Positions 39,227 to 48,869 are shown, numbered from the stretch's first letter. The stretch is 64,000 nt of DNA from Myxococcales bacterium (GCA_037442205.1 JBBIQS010000048.1:162-64161), one strand, 5' to 3'. Made by a program: numbers and translations. The notes: generated by a model from the letters alone, not told the origin.

Positions 39227-40867
39227 CTACTGTTGGGCCTTCGGGCAGACCGGGATCTTGGCCGGGCAGGTCTTGTCGGCCGGCGCGCGGCAGCAGACGT
39301 CGGCGTCGGTGCGGGCCAGGATCAGCCAGCGCGGCCGGGCCGCCTGGACCTGGCGCAGGATGCCGGTGATGTCCACGGTGCAGCCGGCGTGCTCCGGCTT
39401 GGTGAATTCGCGCGGGTCGAAGTCGGGCAGCGCGTCGCGGGTGGCGACGTTGATGCGCGCCTTCCACTTGTCCTCGAGCTGCACCACCCACTGGCCGTAG
39501 TTGCGGTAGGTGTTGAGCTCGCTGCACACCACGCCCTCGTACTGCCCACCGCTGGTGACGCAGTCCTTGTTGCAGGTGCAGTCGGCCTGGTCCGGGCCGG
39601 GGTCGCAGCCCCAGGAGGCGTTGTTGAAGTCTGGGCCGTTGGGGCCGTCGGCGACCATCCAGCGGAAGGGCGGGATCTCCGCGTTGCCGTTCGTGTCGCA
39701 GTCGGCGAAGGCGGTGGAGGGCTTGACGTTCTCGATCTTGACCAGCGCGCTCTCCATCGACTCGATGTCGATGTTGTCATTGCTGTAGCCGCACAGCTGG
39801 TCCATCGACGGGAACTTGGGGGCGTAGGCCGTGTTGATCTTGCAGAGCTTGAAGCCCACCGAGCGCTTGGCCGGGTCGGCGGTCGACTCGTTGGAGAAGT
39901 CGAACAGCATCGGGTCGGGGATGTCCTGGGGCCGGGGATCGCCCTCGCGGCGGACCCAGCTCGGGAAGGTCATCTGGGTGTCGCCGCTGAACTCCTGCAC
40001 CGTCCCGGTCAGCGACAGCACCCGGTCGCCCACCGACAGGCCGTCGGGGTAGGAGTAGTTGTAGACGTACATGTGGCCGAAGGTGCCGACGGTGTCCTGG
40101 TACACCGGGAGCGGCAGTTGCTTGGCCAGCTTGTCGGTGACGTAGAAGCCCTCGGCGGTGACGGCGGTGACGATCATGTCGCCGACCGGCATCGGGGCGT
40201 CGATGGTGAGGAAGTTGCCCACGAACGGCGACTGCCGGTTGTCGATCTTGCACTTCGAGGTGCAGCCCGGGACCAGCAGCGGCGAGCGCTGCACGTCGGC
40301 CAGGGTGGGCTTGGCGAAGTAGACGACCCGGCTCAGGCCGGCAGCAAAGGTGCGCTCGAGGCCGCCGTCCTCGACCGCGGTCGGCCCGGCGTCGGGCAGG
40401 CCGGTGCCGCCGGTGTCGGTGGGCAGCGAGAAGACCGGCGGCGGAGGGGCGTCCATGGCCCACAACCGCATCCCGCCGAAGACCTTCTCCACCAGCACCG
40501 ACCCCTCGGCCACTCCGCCCGCCGCGGGCAGCATCATGTCGGCGGTGTTGGAGGTCGAGCCCTTCAGCCGCACTCCCACCAGGTTACCGGGCGTCACCCG
40601 GAAGCTGACCGGGCGATCGAAGTCGACCGCCACGTCGCCCTTGCTGTCGATGGCGGTGACCTTGACCTTCAGCTCGATCGGCGTCAGTGGGATGGGCAGG
40701 GCGGTCTTTTCGCTGTCGCCGGTCTTGCCCGCCGGCGGCGCCGGATTGATTCCGGTGATCTCCACCTGGAACGACTGCACCCGGTTCTCGTCCAGCGGGA
40801 CGTAGGTCACGCACGCCTGGCAGCCGGCCAGCGACAGGGCCAGCAGGAGGGGAAGGGAGCGGTTCAC
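39227..40867 (-). CDS. Cys-rich lipoprotein with ExeM/YhcR-like OB-fold motifs
   Basis: GTGA overlap; lipobox LAGC; IVTAV..EGFYVTD, VGDRV..LTGTVQEFSGDTQM, ESMESALVKI, ITGIL...LAR..AD. Confidence 0.7.
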   Translation of the reverse strand: MNRSLPLLLALSLAGCQACVTYVPLDENRVQSFQVEITGINPAPPAGKTGDSEKTALPIPLTPIELKVKVTAIDSKGDVAVDFDRPVSFRVTPGNLVGVRLKGSTSNTADMMLPAAGGVAEGSVLVEKVFGGMRLWAMDAPPPPVFSLPTDTGGTGLPDAGPTAVEDGGLERTFAAGLSRVVYFAKPTLADVQRSPLLVPGCTSKCKIDNRQSPFVGNFLTIDAPMPVGDMIVTAVTAEGFYVTDKLAKQLPLPVYQDTVGTFGHMYVYNYSYPDGLSVGDRVLSLTGTVQEFSGDTQMTFPSWVRREGDPRPQDIPDPMLFDFSNESTADPAKRSVGFKLCKINTAYAPKFPSMDQLCGYSNDNIDIESMESALVKIENVKPSTAFADCDTNGNAEIPPFRWMVADGPNGPDFNNASWGCDPGPDQADCTCNKDCVTSGGQYEGVVCSELNTYRNYGQWVVQLEDKWKARINVATRDALPDFDPREFTKPEHAGCTVDITGILRQVQAARPRWLILARTDADVCCRAPADKTCPAKIPVCPKAQQ

Positions 40868-43389
40868 TTGACCCTCCGGCCGATGCGCCCGTCCTCTTCG
40901 CCGATGGCGATGGGGACCTTGGTGGGGGCGGAGCAGAAGTTGCGCAGGTCGTTGGTGACGTGGCCGCAGCTCTTCTCGTCGCCGTTGATCACCTCCTGGC
41001 AGTTGCACTTGCCGGCGGCCACCGGCGGGGCCTCGACCATCTTGGCCGGATGGTTGGGGTCCTGCTGGAAGGCCTGGAAAGCCTTCTCGAAGGCGTCGGC
41101 CTGCTTGCACCAGGAGACGGCGATCGGGTCGATGAGGCGATTGCCGTTGTCCACCGCCCGGGCGCACAGGTAGCCGACCTCGCTGGTGCGCTTCTCGGGG
41201 GCAAGGCCGGTGTTGCGGCTGTTGAGGCCGAGGATGTCCTCGCAGGTGCACTGGCCGCGCAGCCAGTCGATCAGGCTGTCGCGCAGGCTGATGCCGGTCT
41301 CGATGCGGGTGGTGTTGCGCTTGAGGACCTTGAACCCCGAGCCGCCCTTGGCGATGTAGTCGTTGACCGCGATCTTGTAGCTGGCCCCGGGGTTGACCGG
41401 CTGGCCGTTGATGGTCAGCCCGTAGCTGGGGGACGCCCAGCAGACCTTCTCCTCGGTGCAGCGCCACTTGCCCTCCTGCGGCTTTTCGAACTGCTGGCAG
41501 TCGTCGTCGACGTCGCAGGCGTGGCGCTCCAGGTTGCGCTGGGCCTGGGCGCAGTCCATCACGAAATGGATCCCCGCCACCTGGGCCTGGGCCTGGCAGC
41601 CGCGGTCAGAGGAGCGCGAGGCCACGTAGTCGGTCAGCTCATGCACCTCGGCGCCGGAGAGGTACATGATGTTGATGGTGTTCTCGAAGGGGAACACGTT
41701 GAACATCGACTCCAGGGTCACCGGGCCGGGGTAGAGGTTGTCGCGGATGCCCAGGGTGTTGGTGAGCGAGAACTCGGCCTCCACCCGGCGGCGGACCTTC
41801 ATCGACTCGGCGGTCATGTTGCCCAGGGGGCTGTCGCCGCCGGTGGAGCTGTTGCGCCGGGCGATCTCGCGCGGGGCGAAGGCGAAGATCCGCGGCAGGG
41901 CGAAGGTGGTGTCCAGCTGCAGGATGTAGGGCTGCAGCAGGTCGGTGGTCTTGCGGTCCTCTTGCTGCCGGCAGCGCTCGACCCGGGACATGCAGTCGAT
42001 CGGCAGGTGGAGGTCGCAGTCGAAGTCGCGGTAGTCGGCGTCGTAGATCGCCATGCAGCGATCGGTGTCGGCCTCGGGCAGCGCGCTCCAGAAGCGTTCG
42101 CGGCAGGAGGTGGCCGGGCTCTCGGCGCCGAACTTGGGGCGGGCCTTGATCAGGTTGGCGAAGTCGGCCGACTGCACCTGCGAGCGCCAGCTGCGGGCCT
42201 CGTCGTCGCACCAGATCGCGTCCACCGGGAAGGCATGGTAGCTGTGCGCCACCACCTCGGCGCCTTCGGCCTTGCGCTTGTACCAGGCCTGCATCTCCGG
42301 GCTGTCCTCGGCGGCGTCGGGCTTGGCCGGGGGCATCTGCACCTCGAGATCGAGGCGCCCCAGGTACTTGGCGAAGGCTCCGGAGTGGCTGATGATCACC
42401 GGGCGGCCGCTGGGATCGCGGATGACCTGCGGCGGGTTGAGCACGATGTGCAGGTGGCCGCCCTCGATCACGTCGATGCCGCTCACCCCGGGGATGAAGA
42501 CCCGCACCGTGCCGTCGGGCAGGGTGTTGGGCTGGTCGGGGGTGGGGCCCGGAGGCGGCTCGATCTGAATCCAGGGATCGTTCTTCCGGGTCAGGAAGGG
42601 CTTGGCGTTCTCGTAGGGATAGTAGGCGTCATAGCCGGTGAGCAGGTCCTGGTCCTCGGTCAGGCCCAGGTGGCTGAGGACGACGATCAGGTCGGTGACC
42701 GGCCGCAGCAGCTCGAGGTAGGAGCGCACCGTCTCGTTCTGCTCCAGCGGGATGGCCTGCAGGCTGTTGCCGCCGTCCATCAGGCCGTACATCGAGCTGG
42801 TGGAGCCCATGCCGATGATGCCGACCCGGATGCCGCCGGCGTTCACCAGGGTGTAGGGGGCCGAGTACTTGTCCAGCCCGTGGGCGTTGGGGGCGTTGGT
42901 GTTCTCCCACAGGTAGTTGGCCGCCAGCAGCGGGTAGCGGCCGAAGCGCTGGATCTTGTCGGTGAAGTTCTGGACGCCTTTGTCGAACTCGTGGTTGCCC
43001 ATGGCCACGGCGTCGTAGTTCATGTGGCTCATCCAGCGGATCTCGGGCTCGCCGTCGTTGGCGTTGAAGATCGGCCCTCCCTGGAACTGGTCGCCCGAGT
43101 CGAGCAGCACCACCCGGTCGGCGTGCTCCTTCTCGCGGCGGATGAGGGCCGCCATCCGCGCCACGCCGCCGTAGGGCGGGGCCTCGGGGGCCAGCCCCAG
43201 GTCGCTGTCGGTCTTGAGCGGCGCCAGGTCGTAGGGCAGCAGCCGGCTGTGCATGTCGGTGGTGTGGAGCACCGTCAGCCGGACCGTCTGTCCTTCGAGA
43301 AAGGGATTCTGGCCCTGCTGCGTGTCGAGGCACGACACCAGGGCAAGCAGCGCGCCGAGCAGCGTCAGGCGGCGGATGGCAGGGCGCAC
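40864..43389 (-). CDS. Lipoprotein bifunctional metallophosphatase/5'-nucleotidase with Cys-rich inserts
   Basis: GAGGTG RBS then GTG 43389; lipobox LVSC; HTTDMH, DSGD, GNHEFD, SHLG, GGHLH, N.LGIR, FPFEN, NDYIAKGGSGF. Confidence 0.92.
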   Translation of the reverse strand: MRPAIRRLTLLGALLALVSCLDTQQGQNPFLEGQTVRLTVLHTTDMHSRLLPYDLAPLKTDSDLGLAPEAPPYGGVARMAALIRREKEHADRVVLLDSGDQFQGGPIFNANDGEPEIRWMSHMNYDAVAMGNHEFDKGVQNFTDKIQRFGRYPLLAANYLWENTNAPNAHGLDKYSAPYTLVNAGGIRVGIIGMGSTSSMYGLMDGGNSLQAIPLEQNETVRSYLELLRPVTDLIVVLSHLGLTEDQDLLTGYDAYYPYENAKPFLTRKNDPWIQIEPPPGPTPDQPNTLPDGTVRVFIPGVSGIDVIEGGHLHIVLNPPQVIRDPSGRPVIISHSGAFAKYLGRLDLEVQMPPAKPDAAEDSPEMQAWYKRKAEGAEVVAHSYHAFPVDAIWCDDEARSWRSQVQSADFANLIKARPKFGAESPATSCRERFWSALPEADTDRCMAIYDADYRDFDCDLHLPIDCMSRVERCRQQEDRKTTDLLQPYILQLDTTFALPRIFAFAPREIARRNSSTGGDSPLGNMTAESMKVRRRVEAEFSLTNTLGIRDNLYPGPVTLESMFNVFPFENTINIMYLSGAEVHELTDYVASRSSDRGCQAQAQVAGIHFVMDCAQAQRNLERHACDVDDDCQQFEKPQEGKWRCTEEKVCWASPSYGLTINGQPVNPGASYKIAVNDYIAKGGSGFKVLKRNTTRIETGISLRDSLIDWLRGQCTCEDILGLNSRNTGLAPEKRTSEVGYLCARAVDNGNRLIDPIAVSWCKQADAFEKAFQAFQQDPNHPAKMVEAPPVAAGKCNCQEVINGDEKSCGHVTNDLRNFCSAPTKVPIAIGEEDGRIGRRVK

Positions 43390-43510
43390 TTCACACCTCG
43401 TCGAAAGCGGTTTCCCAAAGCCCCTCCCGAAGGACTTCCTCAATCGACCATGTCACCTTGAGGAGCGGTAAGGACGGCTTGGGCCCGCTAGGGCGCCCAA
43501 AAGCCGACCG

Positions 43511-43539
43511 ACCTTAGAAAAGCGAGTGAACGGTGTCAA
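43511..43539 (-). promoter_or_regulatory. sigma70 promoter of the nucleotidase operon
   Basis: TTGACA-N17-TAAGGT on the minus strand. Confidence 0.7.
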
Positions 43540-43854
43540 GCCGTGAACTCTGCGCCCCCCTTTCTGCCCCTACGACAGCCGCCGGGTCGGCACCGCCCCG
43601 GTGGGGTGGACCGGCCCCGGGCGCTGGCCGGAATGTGTGGAGCGCCAGGGATCCTCGGCTCGAGCGAGTGTGGCCGCCAGCCGCAGTGGGTTCGGGCTCC
43701 CGCCGCGATTCGTTTTTGGGGAAGCGCGACGTCCGCGTCCCTAAGATTCCTGTAATCAAGCTTCCGCTCGCCTGTCCCCTCGCAAAAGCGCGGCGGTCCG
43801 GAATGGTTCCGGGATCCCTCGCCCCGCTCGGCTGCAACTGCGAGGCACCACACA

Positions 43855-45663
43855 ATGAAGAGACGAATCGACATCCTCCTGGCGGCGCTGCTGCTGGCGC
43901 TCGGAGCCGGCTGCGGCGTCCGCGTCGCCGAGGGCGGGCTCGACTCGCCCACCGACCCCGCCGGCACCGGGGCGCTGCGCGGGCGCGCCCTGACCAGCGA
44001 CGGACAGCCCGTCGCCGGTGCGCGCACCATCTTCATCGCCGCCGACGGGAGCCGCCTGGAGACCAAGACCGCCCAGGACGGGACCTTCTCCGTCGACCAG
44101 GTCCCTTCGACGCACGGCACGCTGGTGCTCAACGACGGCGCGGGAATGGGCGAGCTTCGCGAGCTGACCACCTATGCCCACGGGACCAACGAGCTGGGCG
44201 ACGTCTTCGTCTCGCCGCTGGCCGACCACCCGCGGGCGGTCAGCCTGCGCGACATCGGGTTCGAGGAGCGGATCACCGACCAGCCGAGGGAGCTGTTGGC
44301 CCCCGTCTTCTCCTCGGACGGGCGCGCCCTCTACGCGTTTCGCCCGTCCGAGCGGCGAACCTACTGGCGGGCCGACTACAACCTGGTGAAGATCGACACT
44401 GCCACCGGCGAGGAGGCGCTCGTACGCTCCTGGAATCCCGTCGTTCAGCAGGACCAGTGGCCGCTTCTCACCCTCATCGACGACAGGTTTCTCTTCTACA
44501 CGAATCTGTACGGCAGCCAGCCTGGCGGTTTGCCGGAATCGATCATCGCGCCCACCGCCCCCGGCTCCTATGCCTACAGCGGCGAGACTCCGCCGGTCGC
44601 CATCTTCGCTCAGGGCTCGACCCTGTACACCATCGTGGCCAAGGGGGACGCCGCTGGCTCCGGGCTCCAGTACTACGTGGAAGACCACTACTCGGGCCGG
44701 AGCCCTGCTTGGATCCCGTTCTTGCCTCGCGCCGACGGAAGCTCGCTGCCCATGGAAGGGCTGGTGGTCATCGCCTCCGAGCCCGGCCAGCTCTTCTTTG
44801 CCCCGGTCATCCGTTGCTCCTAGATCGGAAGAGCGTGCACTCCTGGCGAGAAAGCACTCGAGGGAAAGTTCGCGGTGTTCCAGCTGGACCTCGCCACCCA
44901 GCAGACCCAGCAAGTGGGCTCGGGCGGAGATTGGGACGGGCTGAGCCGCCCCTGGGCGGTCAAGGTGGCCGACCGGATCTACTTCCTGAGCGACGCGCAC
45001 TCTCCGTCCCTCGGCTGGTTGATGGACCTGGTCGAGCTGAACCTCACCACGGGAGAGAGGACGGTGCTGACCTCGATTCCCAAGGTGGAGGCGGTCGCGC
45101 TGGTCACCGACCCGAGCCGGCGGTTCGCCGCCATGGCTGTCAGGAACTCCGACCATCACGGTTCCTTCTTCCGCATCACGCCCGGCGCGGCCACGCCCCT
45201 GGACCTCGGACCGAACGCGGATCCAATCTTCTCCACTGACGAGAGCGTGCCCGACGGCAAGACGACTCCGCGCTTCCGGGGGGCCGAACTGTTGGACGAC
45301 GGCACCGCGCGCCTGTGGATTGCGGTCTGCGACCCGGCGACCCTCGAGAGCGACTGCCCCCGCGAAGTCGACGACTTTGACCTGAACGGCAAGCGGCTGC
45401 GCCGCCGCCCCGTGGCGCTCCCCCAGGATCCTGTCGACATCGTTCAACCTGCCGACCGCCTGGTCGAAGCGCTGCTTCTGCGCGACTCCGGGGGACAGCT
45501 CCAGATCGCCGGCGCCCGGAAAGAAGAACCGCTGTCTCCCCGGACGTTCCTCCACGCCGACCATTCCCAGCCGGCGTTCTCCGCCGACGGCGCCTGGATG
45601 TCCTACGTGACCCGCGATCCGCTCAGCGGGTTCAACCAGCTGTTCCGCGTCGCCGCGAAGTGA
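43855..45663 (+). pseudogene. Lipoprotein (carboxypeptidase-regulatory-like plus TolB-like beta-propeller) interrupted by in-frame TAG at 44821-44823
   Basis: Lipobox GAGC; ORFs 43855-44823 and 44875-45663 share a frame and are separated by one TAG; propeller-blade motifs in both halves (PVFSSDGR, PAFSADGA). Confidence 0.65.
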
Positions 45664-46289
45664 GCGAACGCCTCATGTCCCTTCTCGCGAGCGTCCCAGC
45701 CTCAGCTTCCGAAGCGCCCGAGGAATCCGGCGAGTCGGAGCTGGTGCGCCGCGCGCGAGAAGGGGATCGCGCCGCCGCCCGCGCCCTCTTCGAGAGGTAC
45801 TGCGAACCGCTGATGGCCTTCTGCTTCCTCGCCGCCCGCCGCGACCGCGAGCGCGCCAAGGACCTCATGCAGGAGTCGTTCGCCAAGGCCTTCGGCTCGC
45901 TCGAGAAGCTGGGCGATCCGGAGAAGTTCCGCAGCTGGCTCTTCTCCATCGCCGCCAACCTGAGCCGCAACGCCGGCGAGCAGGAGCAGCGCCAGCGCTC
46001 GCTGCTCGAGGTCTATGCGCTGGAGCAGGACGCCGGGGCGCCCGCCGAGGAAAAGCTCGCCCGTGAGGAGCGCATCGCCGCAGTCCGGCGCGCGCTCGCC
46101 CAGGTCGACGATCCCAAGCTGCGCGAGATTGTCCAGCTCAAGTACGGCGAGCCCGAGCACACCACCCGCGAGATCGCCGCCAAGCTCGAAATTCCCCACG
46201 GCACGGTCACGGTGAAGCTGATGCGCTTCCGCGCCGCCATCCGCCGCGACCTGTGCCGGGCGCTGGCCCAATCCGAGGAGGCCGCCTGA
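45660..46289 (+). CDS. ECF RNA polymerase sigma factor
   Basis: GTGA overlap; LVRRAREGD..A...LFERY, AKDLMQESF, FRSWLFSIAAN, EIA..L.IP.GTV. Confidence 0.93.
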   Translation: MSERLMSLLASVPASASEAPEESGESELVRRAREGDRAAARALFERYCEPLMAFCFLAARRDRERAKDLMQESFAKAFGSLEKLGDPEKFRSWLFSIAANLSRNAGEQEQRQRSLLEVYALEQDAGAPAEEKLAREERIAAVRRALAQVDDPKLREIVQLKYGEPEHTTREIAAKLEIPHGTVTVKLMRFRAAIRRDLCRALAQSEEAA

Positions 46290-47068
46290 TGAGCTGCCCC
46301 GTCTTCACCGAGGAGCGCTTCGCCCGCTTGCTCGACAACTCGATCGATCCGGCGAGCCGCGCGGCGCTGCGCGCCCACTTCGAATGCCCCTGCGACGAGT
46401 GCCTGGAGAGGCTCGCCCAGCGCGAAGAGCTGCTGCCGCTGCTCGCCGGACCGGAGGCACGCCTGAGCGCCGCCGAGAAGGACGCCGCCTTTGCCGCCGC
46501 GGCCCAGAGCCTGCCAGCGCACGTGGTGCCGCTGCGGCGGCGATCTGTCTCGACCCGGGCGATCGGCCTGGCGCTGGCCGCGTCGGTGGCGATCGTCGTC
46601 GCCGCGGTAATCAACCGCGGCCCGGGCTACACCGGGCTCAAGGGCGCGGGTGGGCCGCAGGTGGAGCTGTTGGCCTTCGCGCTCCCGGCGGGCGCACCTG
46701 CCGGCGCCTCGCGCCAGGTGGCCGACGGCGAGCAGCTCGGCGCCGGCGAGCGGCTCGTCTTCAGGCTGCGCTCGTCGCGGAAGGCGGAGCTGCTCCTCCT
46801 AGCCCAGCCCCGCGGTGGCGCAATCGTCGAGCTCTGGAACGGGGCGCTCCCGGACCGCGGCGAGCTCGAGGTTGCCGGGGCGGGGCAGGCACTGGCCCTC
46901 GATCCCAGTCGCGTCGGAGCCGCGTTTTCCCTCGCCGCCGTCGCTTGTTCCAAGGCGATCCTCCCCTCAGCGCTCTCGGCGGTGCAGCTCACCGAGGTCG
47001 ATCTTGCCCGCGCTCTCCCCGACTGCTGGGTCGATCTCCTCCACCTGCGAGCCAAGGAGACCCGGTGA
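46289..47068 (+). CDS. Putative zinc-binding transmembrane anti-sigma factor with periplasmic DUF4384-like domain
   Basis: TGATG coupling; HFECPCDEC ZAS-like motif; TM helix; GLKG; L..GERL.F. Confidence 0.75.
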   Translation: MSCPVFTEERFARLLDNSIDPASRAALRAHFECPCDECLERLAQREELLPLLAGPEARLSAAEKDAAFAAAAQSLPAHVVPLRRRSVSTRAIGLALAASVAIVVAAVINRGPGYTGLKGAGGPQVELLAFALPAGAPAGASRQVADGEQLGAGERLVFRLRSSRKAELLLLAQPRGGAIVELWNGALPDRGELEVAGAGQALALDPSRVGAAFSLAAVACSKAILPSALSAVQLTEVDLARALPDCWVDLLHLRAKETR

Positions 47069-48738
47069 TGATCGGCCCCTTCGTCCGGGTGCAGCTGGCT
47101 GGTCGGACCTGCGGCTGCGCGGTGGCGCGCTCCGCCACGGTCCTGGCGCTGCTGGCGGCCGCGGCCTGCGCCACGGCGCGCGAGAAGGGCGGCCTGCTGG
47201 AGCCGGTCGCCCCCGCCGGTCTGACCGACCAGGCCCCGGCGGCGACCCGCCACGCCCTGCTCGTCGGCATCGATCAGTTCGAGGACAAGCGCCTCTCGCC
47301 GCTCAAGTTCGCCTCCAAGGATGCGCAGGCGATGGCCCAGGGGCTCTCTGAGTTCGACGATGTCGTCACGCTCACCTCCCCGGAGCAGACCACTCGCGCC
47401 GCGGTGCTCGAGGCGCTGTCCGCGCTAGAGAATCGCATCCGCTCGCCGCAGGACACGGTGGTCCTCTACTTCTCCACCCACGGCTCGCTGGCCCAGGAGC
47501 CGGGCGGCGAGCTCAAGCGCCAGCTGGTGATGCGCGACTCGCGGCTGGACCTGCTGGGCGAGACCGGCCTGTCCATGGAGGCGTTGGCCCGCCGCGCGGC
47601 GGCGCTCAAGGCGCGGCGGGTCCTGTTGGTGCTGGCGACCTGCCACAGCGGCCGCGGCAAGTCCCAGCTGCCCGACGCGCTCGCCCAGGCGCTCGCCCGC
47701 CGCAAGGCCCCGGCGCCGCCGCCTCTGGAGGAGGTCTCGGAGGCGGTGATCGTCGTCACCGCCGCCAGCTTCTCCGAGGCGGCGACCGAGGAGGAAGCGC
47801 TGGGCCACGACGTCTACACGCACTTCTTGCTCGACGCGCTCTCCAAGGGCGATCGCGATGGGGACGGGGCCGTGACGGCCAGCGAGGCCCACGACTACGC
47901 CCGCGAGCGGACCTATGCCCACACCGCGGGCCGGCAGCGACCTACCGCCGAGAGCAGCGTCCTCGGGGTCGATCCCATCGTCCTGCGCGGCAAGCCGGGG
48001 CGCTCGCGCAAGCCGGTGCTCTACAGCTACGCGCGCTCGTCGGAGGGGCTGGCGGTGGTGGTCGACGGCGCGCGCAAGGGCGTGCTCCCCGGCGGCGTGG
48101 CGCTGGAGTCCGGCCAGCACGAGCTGGCGCTCACCGAGGTCGGCAGCGGGCGCGCGGTCTACAGCGGATCGATTGAGCTCGCCGACGGGGAGGCGCGCGA
48201 CCTCGCGGAGCTGGTGCCGCGCCCGGCCCAGCTGTCGGGCGCGCTCTCGCTCGGCGCCTTCCTCCCCGTCACCTCTGCCGCCCGCGAGCAGTTGGGAGCC
48301 ATCGGTCAGCTCTCGGGCCAGGTCTCGCTGACGGGCTGGCCGAAGCGCCGGCTGACGCTTGGACTGCGGCTGTCGTTCCTGGGCGGAGGTGGAGCGTTGC
48401 CGGGCTCCAACGAGTCTCTGCCCTTCACGCTGGTCGGCTCGCAGGCGCTGCTGGCCGGCGGGTGGGCCTTCGAACCGCACCGGGCAGTGTCGCTGACGCC
48501 GGGCCTGGGCCTGGGCGCGATCTGGCTGTTCCGCTCGGTGCGCGCCCCCAGCTTCCGGTCGGACGAGTCGCTGCTCGCCGGGCTCGCCAGCGCCTTGCTC
48601 GAAGCGCGCTGGCACGCTCTTGCGCCCTTCGAGTTGGGAGCGCGCGCGGAGCTGGCCGGCTTCCCGGGACGGATGGGACTCAGCTTCGGTCCCCACCTCG
48701 CCACGAGCCTGGGATTGTTCGCCGAGTACCGCGACTGA
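47068..48738 (+). CDS. Caspase-family (C14) protease with PEGA-like domain and C-terminal beta-barrel
   Basis: TGATG coupling; ALLVGID, YFSTHG, LATCHSG, YTHFLL.AL, DRDGDGAVT.SE, QRP; C-terminal amphipathic strands; lipobox-like AAAC. Confidence 0.85.
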   Translation: MIGPFVRVQLAGRTCGCAVARSATVLALLAAAACATAREKGGLLEPVAPAGLTDQAPAATRHALLVGIDQFEDKRLSPLKFASKDAQAMAQGLSEFDDVVTLTSPEQTTRAAVLEALSALENRIRSPQDTVVLYFSTHGSLAQEPGGELKRQLVMRDSRLDLLGETGLSMEALARRAAALKARRVLLVLATCHSGRGKSQLPDALAQALARRKAPAPPPLEEVSEAVIVVTAASFSEAATEEEALGHDVYTHFLLDALSKGDRDGDGAVTASEAHDYARERTYAHTAGRQRPTAESSVLGVDPIVLRGKPGRSRKPVLYSYARSSEGLAVVVDGARKGVLPGGVALESGQHELALTEVGSGRAVYSGSIELADGEARDLAELVPRPAQLSGALSLGAFLPVTSAAREQLGAIGQLSGQVSLTGWPKRRLTLGLRLSFLGGGGALPGSNESLPFTLVGSQALLAGGWAFEPHRAVSLTPGLGLGAIWLFRSVRAPSFRSDESLLAGLASALLEARWHALAPFELGARAELAGFPGRMGLSFGPHLATSLGLFAEYRD

Positions 48739-48869
48739 GGGCCGCCGGGCGGCGCGGCGTGCGGCCGGGTCTCTGCGGCCCCGATGGGGCGGTCCGGCCC
48801 CCCGGCACTCGCCGGCTCGCCGGAGCGCAAGGCCGCGAAACGTCGACGGCCGGACAGTGTCGCCGCCTG

